From contig LCKG01000004.1 of NCBI GenBank assembly GCA_001001285.1, forward strand, positions 1,957 to 65,956: DNA of 64,000 nt. Reading direction: 5' to 3'. Below, piece after piece: positions 54,868 to 63,352 of the stretch. Under the pieces are notes generated by a model. It searched no databases. It saw only the letters and a list, made by a program, of their open reading frames with translations, and was not told where the DNA came from. The stretch comes from Parcubacteria group bacterium GW2011_GWC1_45_13 (GTDB taxonomy: Bacteria > Patescibacteriota > Minisyncoccia > UBA11713 > 2-01-FULL-45-33). Made by a program: the position numbers and the translations under genes. Position 1 is the first letter of the stretch. The number at the start of each line of letters is the position of its first letter.

Positions 54868-56163
54868 TTACCTTAAAATAATGTCAATGCGGCTGGGGTC
54901 TTTAGGAGGTTTTTTGTAAAATAGGCCTATCCAGAAGGGTTTAAAATTTATTTCCGCCCGCGAAATATAGGGGTATTCGCCCAGAAGCGTGCTGGCCGAT
55001 GAAATGTCTTTTTCTATTATTTTATTTTTAACGGCTACTTGGTCCAGCACAACCTCCACCTCGGCCATGCCAAAAACCTGAATGGTAAAGCTGGGAACAT
55101 CAAATTTATAATTGATTAATTTAATATTTAAATTTTCTAAATTTTTAATTCGTACCGTCGCGCCGTTAAAACCAGCCAATCGCGGATTATCTTTCAGTAA
55201 ATCCGTTTCAAGTTCGCTTCTGGACATAGTCGCAGCCCTAATTTCGCCTTCCATATCGAAAGTGAAATTGTCGGCCACAGCGCCGGCGACCGGATTACTT
55301 TCTTCTTTTAACGCGATGTATTCAACGGATGCCGGAAGCAAAAATTCTTCTTGGGGAATCTTTTTCAAAATTATAGAAACTGCTTCTTTTTGGGCTTCAT
55401 TTACTAAACCGGCTAGCGCCGCGTCCCGGTCGTTTTTTCCGACAACGACTTGTTCTCCCTCGGAACCACCCTGGATTTCTGTTTTTGATCTGCCAAAAAT
55501 CAGTTCGTATTTAAGAGTTCCTTTTAGCCCTGGCAAAGTAAAATCCGCAAGGCCTAAATTGTAAAGAGCGCCAGGCTTGTCCGCCAAAACAGCGATTTCT
55601 TTGGAACCAGGTGTCAGCTTCCCGCTTTCTGATTTGGCCGCCGGCACCACTATGGTTTTGGGAATCCGGTAAATATTTCCGTTGGGAGCCTCCATGCGCG
55701 TGGAAGCGATCAAGACTTGCGCGTCTCTTGATTTATTAAAAATAACCACAACTCCTCCGGCTTTAGCGTCCTCGGTTCTTTTTTCCGTCGCTTTAAACAA
55801 ACCGCTTCTGATATCCGGCAAAGTAAGAGTCCTAAAAACCGGGGGGGCCTGATCCTGGTATCTCTTTAAAATTAAAGTTTTTTCTATTTGCCAAGAAGCG
55901 GTTTTAGGCGTCAGCGTCACCTCCATTTCGGCAAAAAACATACTGCCTAAAATAAAAACCGTTAAAACTACCAAGATAATAAAAGTCACCCAGCCTCTTT
56001 TTCCCCGGCGCCCGCGCTGTTTTAAAACCTTGATGGTTGGTGATGGCTCTTTAAAAAACTGAGAAGTTATTTCTTTTTTTGGCGCCGACACGATATCTGA
56101 AATAACGCGTTTGCCGCTCGCGGGAACTATGTCTATAAAATTTTCTTTAGATTTTTTTTGCAT
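54868..56163 (-). CDS. Membrane-anchored protein of unknown function (baseplate J-like region possible)
   Basis: Single TM; A.G.V.IFN...LIA.TR and AD.PG..YN patterns; start placed at MQKKSK. Confidence 0.7.
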   Translation of the reverse strand: MQKKSKENFIDIVPASGKRVISDIVSAPKKEITSQFFKEPSPTIKVLKQRGRRGKRGWVTFIILVVLTVFILGSMFFAEMEVTLTPKTASWQIEKTLILKRYQDQAPPVFRTLTLPDIRSGLFKATEKRTEDAKAGGVVVIFNKSRDAQVLIASTRMEAPNGNIYRIPKTIVVPAAKSESGKLTPGSKEIAVLADKPGALYNLGLADFTLPGLKGTLKYELIFGRSKTEIQGGSEGEQVVVGKNDRDAALAGLVNEAQKEAVSIILKKIPQEEFLLPASVEYIALKEESNPVAGAVADNFTFDMEGEIRAATMSRSELETDLLKDNPRLAGFNGATVRIKNLENLNIKLINYKFDVPSFTIQVFGMAEVEVVLDQVAVKNKIIEKDISSASTLLGEYPYISRAEINFKPFWIGLFYKKPPKDPSRIDIILR

Positions 56164-57331
56164 CCGCGAAAAGAATAAGGGCTGATAAAATAATATCTCC
56201 TCCTCCCACAAGCTGGTCTGATGGGTAAAGCATGTCTTGAAAAGCTTCGGCTCGCAAAATTTGGGGCTCGATATCAGCGCCGAAATCTTTCTTAAAACTA
56301 TCTTTCAAAAAACTGGAAAATAAAGTGAAATCCGCCCCGCCCCCGGAAATTATAATTCTTTTAGGAACAATCCCAGCCGAAATCGACGTAAAAGTATTTT
56401 TAAGAACGTTTTTCAAGCTTGCCCACCAATCGGCAAGCGCCGGAGAAAGCGCCCGCTCCAATTTCGTTCTTAAAGTTTCGTCCAAAGTTCCTGAAGTGTA
56501 TTTTCTAAAAATTGCCTCCACATCTTTCTGATCTATTTTCAAAGAAGTGGAAATTCTTCTGGATAAAGTGCGAATGCCGAAAGCCGAGGCCCCCGCGTGC
56601 TCAATATTATTTTTGTCAGCCCAGAAAATTTCCGTAACCTCCCCGCCGATATCTGCAACTAAAACCGGGTCCGTAAAATTCTCCGTCGCCTTAAGCAACC
56701 GCCAGAGAGCCCTTGAGTCCGAATAATAGCGCGTTGCTGCTTTCGGAAAAAATTTTTCTCTGGCATTTTCAATATAATCTTTTAAAGTTCTACTGATTAA
56801 AGTAAAAATCATTTCAGTCTCCAACACGCGTCCTTTATAACTTGCGGCGTTTTCAATACTATAGCCGTTAATTTTGACGCTCAAAACTTCACGCCCCACA
56901 ACAAAAAGATTTTTGGTCGCAACGTCCGTTCCAATTGATTTTACCATAGCGTCAATTTCGCTTTCGGAAATAATTTTATCAGGATTGGCTCTTTCAATCT
57001 TTTGTTGCGCTTTTTTATACGCAAAGAACGGATCAGAGAGAGCGATTAAGACAGCGTCAACATGATGCGAAGCGCCGTAAGCATCCTTGAATATTTTTAA
57101 AAAACCGTCTTTTAAAATATAGGGAAGTTTTTGTTCGTCGCCATTTATTTTGTAACCGAATAAATCAATAGGATACCTTAAAACTTTCAAAATTTCGCAG
57201 GGGTCAACAATGGATTTAGGATAATTTTTTTCATACCGAACAGCGACAACAGCCGAAATGGAGGCTGTCCCCAAGTCAATCGCCAAGATATGCGTTTTTC
57301 CTCTTTCTCTCCCAAAAAGCCATGAGAGCAT
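56147..57331 (-). CDS. Divergent FtsA-like actin-fold protein
   Basis: AIDLGTASI, DIGGEVTE and ISGGGA motifs. Confidence 0.72.
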   Translation of the reverse strand: MLSWLFGRERGKTHILAIDLGTASISAVVAVRYEKNYPKSIVDPCEILKVLRYPIDLFGYKINGDEQKLPYILKDGFLKIFKDAYGASHHVDAVLIALSDPFFAYKKAQQKIERANPDKIISESEIDAMVKSIGTDVATKNLFVVGREVLSVKINGYSIENAASYKGRVLETEMIFTLISRTLKDYIENAREKFFPKAATRYYSDSRALWRLLKATENFTDPVLVADIGGEVTEIFWADKNNIEHAGASAFGIRTLSRRISTSLKIDQKDVEAIFRKYTSGTLDETLRTKLERALSPALADWWASLKNVLKNTFTSISAGIVPKRIIISGGGADFTLFSSFLKDSFKKDFGADIEPQILRAEAFQDMLYPSDQLVGGGDIILSALILFADAKKI

Positions 57332-57406
57332 GAAGGTATTATAACACGCCATTTACAAATTTTAAGCAATTGCTATGATGCTGGGCAGGGAAGGAGGACA
57401 AAAACC

Positions 57407-57649
57407 ATGCCGGTAGACAATGTGCTTAGCGATTTTTGGAGTCGCCCTTGGAAATGCGGAGTATACTATAATCGCCATCACAGGCGCCGAGGGTTTATAA
57501 CTTGGCTAAAAATGGGCGGGTGGACGCGTGAAGGGATAAAACAAGAGGCTGAAAACAGAAAGGTCCCGCTCGAGCGTGTCTATAAAGAGCATCTTCGGCG
57601 ACACAGATACAATCCGGAGTGTTTCTTAAGCCGCGCTGAATCCGTCTAA
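57407..57649 (+). CDS. Hypothetical small basic protein
   Basis: AAGGAGG SD upstream; terminator GCCCCG...CGGGGC-T5 at ~57665-57690. Confidence 0.62.
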   Translation: MPVDNVLSDFWSRPWKCGVYYNRHHRRRGFITWLKMGGWTREGIKQEAENRKVPLERVYKEHLRRHRYNPECFLSRAESV

Positions 57650-57781
57650 GATTCCGGTCAATCGGCCCCGACTTCACGGGGCTTTTTATTTTACTCAATT
57701 TCATTTAATTTCACTCAATTACTAATTTTACTTTCTTTTGCGATAGCAAAAGAAATGCAAATCTTGAAATTAGAAAATTTC

Positions 57782-59551
57782 TTATTCCACAGTTGCACGG
57801 ATGCGGCGAATGCCGGAGCCGACGGCTTCCTGCTTCAATATTTTAAACCGGCCGATTTCGGAAGTGTTTTTGACGTGCGGGCCACTGCAGAGCTCTCTTG
57901 AGAAAATTTCCGGCGGGTCGACCTTAAAATCCCCCACTAAATAAACTTTAACTCTTGCTGGATATTTTTCCTTAAAAAAATGCTGCGCGCCCAATTTTAA
58001 GGCGTCTTCATAAGCCATCTCTTTCATCTCAACATGATATTTTTTACCAACCGCAAAATTTACTAGATCTTCAACTTTTTTAACTTCTTCATCCGTAAGT
58101 TTTCTGTCAAACGAAAAATCAAATCTTGTCCGCTCGGCCGTGATGTCAGAACCGGCCTGTTTTACTCCTTCTCCCAAAACTTTTCTCAAAGCTGCCTGCA
58201 AAAGATGCGTCACCGTGTGCAATCTTGTTACTTTTTTCAACTCTGCTTCGTCCGCGGCTTTCAATTCTCCCGTATCCAGCAGCAACCCATGCCCTCCGAA
58301 TTTTTTCTCAATGCCAGCGCGGGATATTTCCTGATGTTTTTGAAATTCTTTATTAAAACTCTCCTCATCTACAGAATGCCCGCCTTGCCGAACTAAATCT
58401 TTTATAATATCAATTGTTAACCCGTAAGTTTGATGAAAATAAAAAGCATCTTTACCAGAAATAACTTTTAAGTCATGAGATTTGTAAGTCCCTCTTTCTT
58501 TCGGGGCATTAATTTGAGCTTCAATTTCCGGATATTTTTTTAAAAACTCATTCAGTCCATTTTCTAAAGTTTTATTAAATTTGTTAATTTCCGCATTGAT
58601 TTCTTTAATGATTTTTTCTTTGTTTATCATTAACTCTTTGTAGAAATCGTAATAATTTATTACTCCTTCAATTTCTGGAATAAACAACTCAAATGATTTA
58701 TGACCAATTGTCCTCCATCTTACCGCAATACGTCGAATCAATCTTCTTAAAATATAACCAGCCTCCTTATTGGATGGGCTGACTCCATCAGCTATTAAAA
58801 AGACACTACCTTTTAAATGGTCTGCGAGAACTCTGCCATCAATACCATAAGCAGGAAGGAGTTTAAATGGTTTTTGAAATAAATCAGTTTCAAAAATAGT
58901 TTTTTTGCCCTGCGAGACCATCGCGAGGCGCTCCAGCCCCATGCCGGTGTCCACGCCTAGCGTTTTCAGTTTTTCAAAAGTACTATCAGGTTTTTTGTAA
59001 TATTCATTAAAAACAATGTTCCACATCTCCACGCCGTTTATGTAAATTTCTGTCGTTGGACCGCAAGGCCCCTCCGTGCCGGTCGGCCCCCAAAAGTTAT
59101 CCTCGCGGCCGGCTTTTCGGATGTCTTTCACGCCGAGCGATTGCCAGATTTTATAAGATTCCTCGTCAAACGGCGTCTTTTCATCACCCGCGAAAACCGT
59201 GACGTATTCAATTTTAAGCCCGAGTGATTCCAAAAATTTTTTAGCGTACTTTATCGCCTCTTCCTTAAAATATCCTCCGAAACTGAAATTCCCCAACATC
59301 TCAAAAAAAGTAAGGTGCGATTCGTCCCCTACTTCATCAATGTCGGAAGTGCGGAAGCATTTTTGAATTGAAACAACATTAGGCGCGGGCGCAAGCGACG
59401 GCTCGGTATAATATTTCTTAAACTGCTGCATTCCTGCGGTGGTCAAAAGCACCGATAGGTCGTCTGGAATTAAAGAAGAAGATGGTACAATTTTGTGCCC
59501 GCGTTCTTTAAAAAATTCCAGAAACTTTTCTCGAAGCTCTGCGGAAGACAT
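57782..59551 (-). CDS. alaS: Alanine-tRNA ligase (lacks C-Ala domain)
   Basis: AGMQQFK, HLTFFEMLGNFSFG, DTGMGLER, HTVTHLL and ELCSGPHV motifs. Confidence 0.97.
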   Translation of the reverse strand: MSSAELREKFLEFFKERGHKIVPSSSLIPDDLSVLLTTAGMQQFKKYYTEPSLAPAPNVVSIQKCFRTSDIDEVGDESHLTFFEMLGNFSFGGYFKEEAIKYAKKFLESLGLKIEYVTVFAGDEKTPFDEESYKIWQSLGVKDIRKAGREDNFWGPTGTEGPCGPTTEIYINGVEMWNIVFNEYYKKPDSTFEKLKTLGVDTGMGLERLAMVSQGKKTIFETDLFQKPFKLLPAYGIDGRVLADHLKGSVFLIADGVSPSNKEAGYILRRLIRRIAVRWRTIGHKSFELFIPEIEGVINYYDFYKELMINKEKIIKEINAEINKFNKTLENGLNEFLKKYPEIEAQINAPKERGTYKSHDLKVISGKDAFYFHQTYGLTIDIIKDLVRQGGHSVDEESFNKEFQKHQEISRAGIEKKFGGHGLLLDTGELKAADEAELKKVTRLHTVTHLLQAALRKVLGEGVKQAGSDITAERTRFDFSFDRKLTDEEVKKVEDLVNFAVGKKYHVEMKEMAYEDALKLGAQHFFKEKYPARVKVYLVGDFKVDPPEIFSRELCSGPHVKNTSEIGRFKILKQEAVGSGIRRIRATVE

Positions 59552-59571
59552 AGGGCTATTTTAGCATTAAA

Positions 59572-59626
59572 ATCATTGCTTTAGCAATGATCCCGACGTA
59601 CGTCGGGATGAAAGCTAAAGCTTTCA
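59572..59626. repeat. Three abutting palindromes upstream of alaS
   Basis: ATCATTGCT-TT-AGCAATGAT, ATCCCGACGTACGTCGGGAT and TGAAAGCT-AA-AGCTTTCA. Confidence 0.85.
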
Positions 59627-59676
59627 AAATAAAAAAGCGGCAGACGCTTATGCCACTCTAATTTTGCGTCTGCCGC
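59627..59676 (-). terminator. Terminator-like hairpin after the 59682..60059 ORF
   Basis: GCGGCAGACGC / GCGTCTGCCGC stem with a T run on the minus strand. Confidence 0.65.
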
Positions 59677-59681
59677 CAAAG

Positions 59682-60059
59682 TTACCTGCGCGAATGCTTC
59701 AATCTAGCGGTGTTTTTCCCCGCCAGCCGCTCCTCTTTCCAACGCACCAGCCCCTTGCGAATATATTGGGGGTCAAACCCCAAAGCACCGCAGATGTTAT
59801 TGAAGGAAAAAAGCCAATCCTTTTCCTCTTCCAAAACCCACTCCTCCGCGTCGCGAAACATCCTCTTTCTTTTGCCGATGCGGGCGGCGACATATTTCTG
59901 GAAGCAAGTCACCGCATCCTTCAGCACTGCCAGCATGAGGTCCTTTTCCGGCTCTAATTGGGCCTTACTGCGCAAGGTCTCAAAATATTGAGCCGGAATA
60001 AGGGTATCCGACTGAAATAAAGACCCTACTTTTTCATCTACCGAGAGACCATTTTCCAT
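59682..60059 (-). CDS. Hypothetical protein, probably acquired
   Basis: GAAGGAGG SD and its own terminator; LEPEK.LMLAVL.DA..CFQKY...AEEW...FSF.NIC..LG.DP.YIR. Confidence 0.8.
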   Translation of the reverse strand: MENGLSVDEKVGSLFQSDTLIPAQYFETLRSKAQLEPEKDLMLAVLKDAVTCFQKYVAARIGKRKRMFRDAEEWVLEEEKDWLFSFNNICGALGFDPQYIRKGLVRWKEERLAGKNTARLKHSRR

Positions 60060-60127
60060 GTTTACGTCCTCCTTCTTTCTTTTTTAACCATAGCACAAGC
60101 TAAGAAAAAAATCAAGAGGCAGGATAA

Positions 60128-61189
60128 TTATACGACTATGACGCCTCCCCCGAGCATTTCTTCATCCTTGCCCGGCTTGCCGTCGGGCAGGTAAAAAACA
60201 GCCGACTGTCCAGGGGCTACAGCGCGCTGGGGAAAATCAAAAACGACTCGCCCATCGCCGAAGAGAGAGCATGCCTGAAGCGGCTGACGGTGGCGAATAC
60301 GAACTTGGCATGGAAAAGGCATTTCTGGTCCGCCAGCCGGCGGATTACCAATCCAATTAAAATTTTCCGCGAACAATTCTCTTTTATAAAGTGCTGAATC
60401 TTGTTTTTGAGATACCATTATAGTATTCGTTGCCAAATCTTTTTTTGCTACATAAACTGGCTCCGCTTGCCCGCCCAGCGCTAAACCGTGCCTTTGGCCA
60501 ATGGTATAAAAATGTGCGCCATCATGCTCGCCAATTTTCTTGCCATCGGACGTCATAATCACGCCTGATTTTTGAGGCAATGTTTCCCTTATGAAATCCG
60601 CAAAATTAACTTTGCCGACAAAACAAAGTCCTTGCGAATCTTTTTTATTGGCCACCGGCAAACCAAAACCGCGCGCGAGATCTCGTGCTTCGCTTTTTAA
60701 ATAATTCCCGATCGGGAACAAGCAATGTTTAAGCTGGTCTTGCGTCAAAGTCCACAAGAAATAGGATTGGTCCTTATTTTTGTCTTTGGCCGCAAACAAT
60801 TTGCTTCCAAACTTTCTTACATAATGTCCTGTCGCCATAAAGTCAGCTCCCGCCTCCAGTGCGCGCTTCAAAAAAATACCGAACTTTATTTCTTTATTGC
60901 ACATAACGTCCGGATTGGGTGTGCGGCCAGCCATATATTCGCAAATCATATAATCGTAAACGGCTTTTTTATATTCTTTTTTAAAATCCCAAACCAAAAA
61001 CGGAATGCCTAAAACCGCCGCAACGCGCATCGCGTCTTGTTTATCTTCGTTATTTTCACATCCTTCCCAACAAATCATATGCGCCCCGGTCACGTCATAA
61101 CCTTGTTTTTGCAACAACAAAGCCGCCACGGACGAATCCACTCCGCCTGACATTGCCACGAAGACCTTTTTATTCAAAACTTTGCGCAT
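60128..61189 (-). CDS. mnmA: tRNA 2-thiouridylase MnmA
   Basis: AMSGGVDSSVAA, TPNPDVMCN, KDQSYFL, DSQGLCF and PGQSAVFY motifs. Confidence 0.97.
   Translation of the reverse strand: MRKVLNKKVFVAMSGGVDSSVAALLLQKQGYDVTGAHMICWEGCENNEDKQDAMRVAAVLGIPFLVWDFKKEYKKAVYDYMICEYMAGRTPNPDVMCNKEIKFGIFLKRALEAGADFMATGHYVRKFGSKLFAAKDKNKDQSYFLWTLTQDQLKHCLFPIGNYLKSEARDLARGFGLPVANKKDSQGLCFVGKVNFADFIRETLPQKSGVIMTSDGKKIGEHDGAHFYTIGQRHGLALGGQAEPVYVAKKDLATNTIMVSQKQDSALYKRELFAENFNWIGNPPAGGPEMPFPCQVRIRHRQPLQACSLFGDGRVVFDFPQRAVAPGQSAVFYLPDGKPGKDEEMLGGGVIVV
60171..60191. repeat. Family B 21-nt palindrome (diverged) inside mnmA
   Basis: CCCGGCTTGCCGTCGGGCAGG; removal restores VFYKDEEMLGGGVI. Confidence 0.88.
60329..60344. 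repeat. Family D single hairpin inside mnmA
   Basis: TCCGCC-AGCC-GGCGGA read as PPAGG; similar CCGCCTGCCGGCGG is intergenic at 53702-53715. Confidence 0.6.
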
Positions 61190-61248
61190 AAACAACACTA
61201 TATTATACCTTTGCAAGCATTTTGTCATATGCTACACTCAAATTAATC

Positions 61249-61620
61249 ATGAAATCGGCTTTCGCTACCTTTTTAATATTCAGTCTGCTAGGCGTGGCTG
61301 TTTTGGGATTTTTAGCGATGAACCATGGCGAGGGGCACAGCGGATGTATCGCCGCCGCGGCTAACGGCGTTGATTGCGCGCGTGAAACCGGCCGCGCCGG
61401 ACTGTTCAGTTTTCATTCCGACGCTTTCAGAAATTTTTCTTTGGCCGTGTTATTCGGTTTCGCGCTATTCGTTTTGGCCCTGCTCTTTAGTTTTGATTTT
61501 AAAATGCCGTTTCCGGCGCTATACCTAAAATGGTATAATCCCCCAGTTTTATCTCTGCCTCAAAAAAGCCTGCTCATCAGCTGGCTCGCACTTCACGAAA
61601 ATAGTCCGAGTTTTTCATAA
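61249..61620 (+). CDS. Small membrane protein with His/Cys-rich loop
   Basis: MNHGEGHSGC...C and a C-terminal WLALHENSPS. Confidence 0.7.
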   Translation: MKSAFATFLIFSLLGVAVLGFLAMNHGEGHSGCIAAAANGVDCARETGRAGLFSFHSDAFRNFSLAVLFGFALFVLALLFSFDFKMPFPALYLKWYNPPVLSLPQKSLLISWLALHENSPSFS

Positions 61621-61668
61621 GACGTAAATATAAACTCTGCAGTTTTTATTCTTATTATTTTAATTCTT

Positions 61669-62172
61669 ATGAAAAAAAACCAAAATCAATTCATCTGGGC
61701 CGGAGTAATTCTGGCGGTGCTTATCGGCTTCATCTGGCTGGCCCGCCCGGCTTCGCAATCAACTCCCGCCTCGCCCGTTTTGGGAAAAAACGGCGCGTTA
61801 ACCGCCCAAGAAAATAATTATGATTTCGGCTCCATTTCCATGGCCGCCGGAAAAGTGTCAAAAACATTCGCGATAAAAAATACGGGCTCCGACCCTCTTG
61901 CCGTAAATCAGCTTTACACTTCCTGCATGTGCACCGAAGCAACGCTTAAAATCGGCAGCCGCGCCGCGGGGCCCTTCGGCATGCCGGGGCACGGCTTCGC
62001 CCAACGCATTAGTGAAACGATAAGGCCAAACGAAGAAGCGGCAGTTGAGGTGGTATTTGACCCGGCCGCGCACGGGCCCGCTGGAGTCGGCCGGATAGAA
62101 CGGGCTGTGTATCTGGAAAATAGCGCCAGCGAAGCGCTTCAACTTAAATTTTCGGCGACGGTAACTCCTTAA
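61669..62172 (+). CDS. DUF1573-like Ig-fold protein
   Basis: YDFG.I, F.IKNTG..PL, TSCMCT and FGMPGHG. Confidence 0.8.
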   Translation: MKKNQNQFIWAGVILAVLIGFIWLARPASQSTPASPVLGKNGALTAQENNYDFGSISMAAGKVSKTFAIKNTGSDPLAVNQLYTSCMCTEATLKIGSRAAGPFGMPGHGFAQRISETIRPNEEAAVEVVFDPAAHGPAGVGRIERAVYLENSASEALQLKFSATVTP

Positions 62173-62176
62173 CACC

Positions 62177-62959
62177 ATGAGCAAAAATTTAATTATTTTC
62201 GCGGGCATCGCCGTCCTGCTCTTGGCTTTGGTATTTTTCCTAAAAACAGACAGCGCTGGAACAACTTTCGTCTGGAATTTGAGCAATGGCGGAAAATGGC
62301 TTTTACCGCTCGTAATAGTTTCTGCGCTAATTGACAGCATTAACCCCTGCGCTTTTTCTATCCTGCTTCTGACCATCGCTTTTCTCTTCAGCATCGGGAA
62401 ACTCCGCTCCGGCATTCTTAAAATCGGAGGCGCGTACATTTTCGGCATTTTTCTTGTTTACCTCCTCATAGGATTGGGGCTTCTGCAAACCCTGCATCTC
62501 TTTTCAACACCTCATTTTATGGCCAAGCTCGGCGCAGGGCTTTTGGTCGCGCTTGGATTCATCAACGTGATAAATGAATTTTTCCCGGCCTTTCCAATCA
62601 AGCTCCGCATTCCGCACGCGGCTCACCACAAAATGGCTGAACTTATGGAAAAAGCATCGTTGCCGACGGCGTTTCTTTTGGGCGGGCTTGTCGGCCTCTG
62701 CGAATTTCCATGCACCGGTGGGCCGTATCTCATGGTTTTGGGATTGCTACACGACCAAGCGACTTATCTTAAAGGCGTGGGTTATCTGATTTTCTACAAT
62801 GTCGTCTTCGTTTTGCCGCTGGCAATCATCTTGCTTATGGCCAGCGACGGAGCATTGCTTGAAAAAGTCCGCGCCTGGCAGCAAAAAGAAAATCGCCTGA
62901 TGCGCTTTGGCGGAGGGGTTGCGATGATTATTTTGGGCGCGATTATTTTCCTTATCTAA
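62177..62959 (+). CDS. CcdA/DsbD-like transmembrane thiol-disulfide transporter
   Basis: DSINPC and CEFPCTGGPY; multi-TM. Confidence 0.82.
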   Translation: MSKNLIIFAGIAVLLLALVFFLKTDSAGTTFVWNLSNGGKWLLPLVIVSALIDSINPCAFSILLLTIAFLFSIGKLRSGILKIGGAYIFGIFLVYLLIGLGLLQTLHLFSTPHFMAKLGAGLLVALGFINVINEFFPAFPIKLRIPHAAHHKMAELMEKASLPTAFLLGGLVGLCEFPCTGGPYLMVLGLLHDQATYLKGVGYLIFYNVVFVLPLAIILLMASDGALLEKVRAWQQKENRLMRFGGGVAMIILGAIIFLI

Positions 62960-62963
62960 AAAT

Positions 62964-63335
62964 ATGCGCCTGGAAATTTGCCCAATTTGCGCGGCGGTCG
63001 CGGGAACATGGCTTCTCCTGACTGCGCTGGTTTTATCCGGGTATTTAAATCCCGAAATTTTTCTGCCACTTATTACGCTCCTCATGGGAGGGACAGTTGT
63101 GGGCGTCGCTTACCAAATCGGCAAAAGAAAACCGGTCGTAATCAGCGTTGGCATGCTGCTCGCTTTCTGGGCAGTGCGCATTTTAAGCTTTAAAGTGTTT
63201 ATTTTGGAGATTGCTGTTCTTGCAATGCTTGCTTATTTATTATTCGTTAAACGAAACGGTGGGGATAAGCCGGCTCTGCCTCAAGACTCGAAAACCCGCG
63301 AATTATTGGAAGAAAAAATGAAAAATTGCTGTTAA
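62964..63335 (+). CDS. Small membrane protein with CPIC and terminal CC
   Basis: ICPICA at the N-terminus and KMKNCC at the C-terminus. Confidence 0.72.
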   Translation: MRLEICPICAAVAGTWLLLTALVLSGYLNPEIFLPLITLLMGGTVVGVAYQIGKRKPVVISVGMLLAFWAVRILSFKVFILEIAVLAMLAYLLFVKRNGGDKPALPQDSKTRELLEEKMKNCC

Positions 63336-63352
63336 TTAAAATTAATAAATTT

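Noticed and set aside
57782-59551. Short AlaRS, and also short Fmt and HrcA, as pseudogenes
   Set aside because: Catalytic motifs are intact and the frames are uninterrupted; compact forms are expected in reduced genomes.
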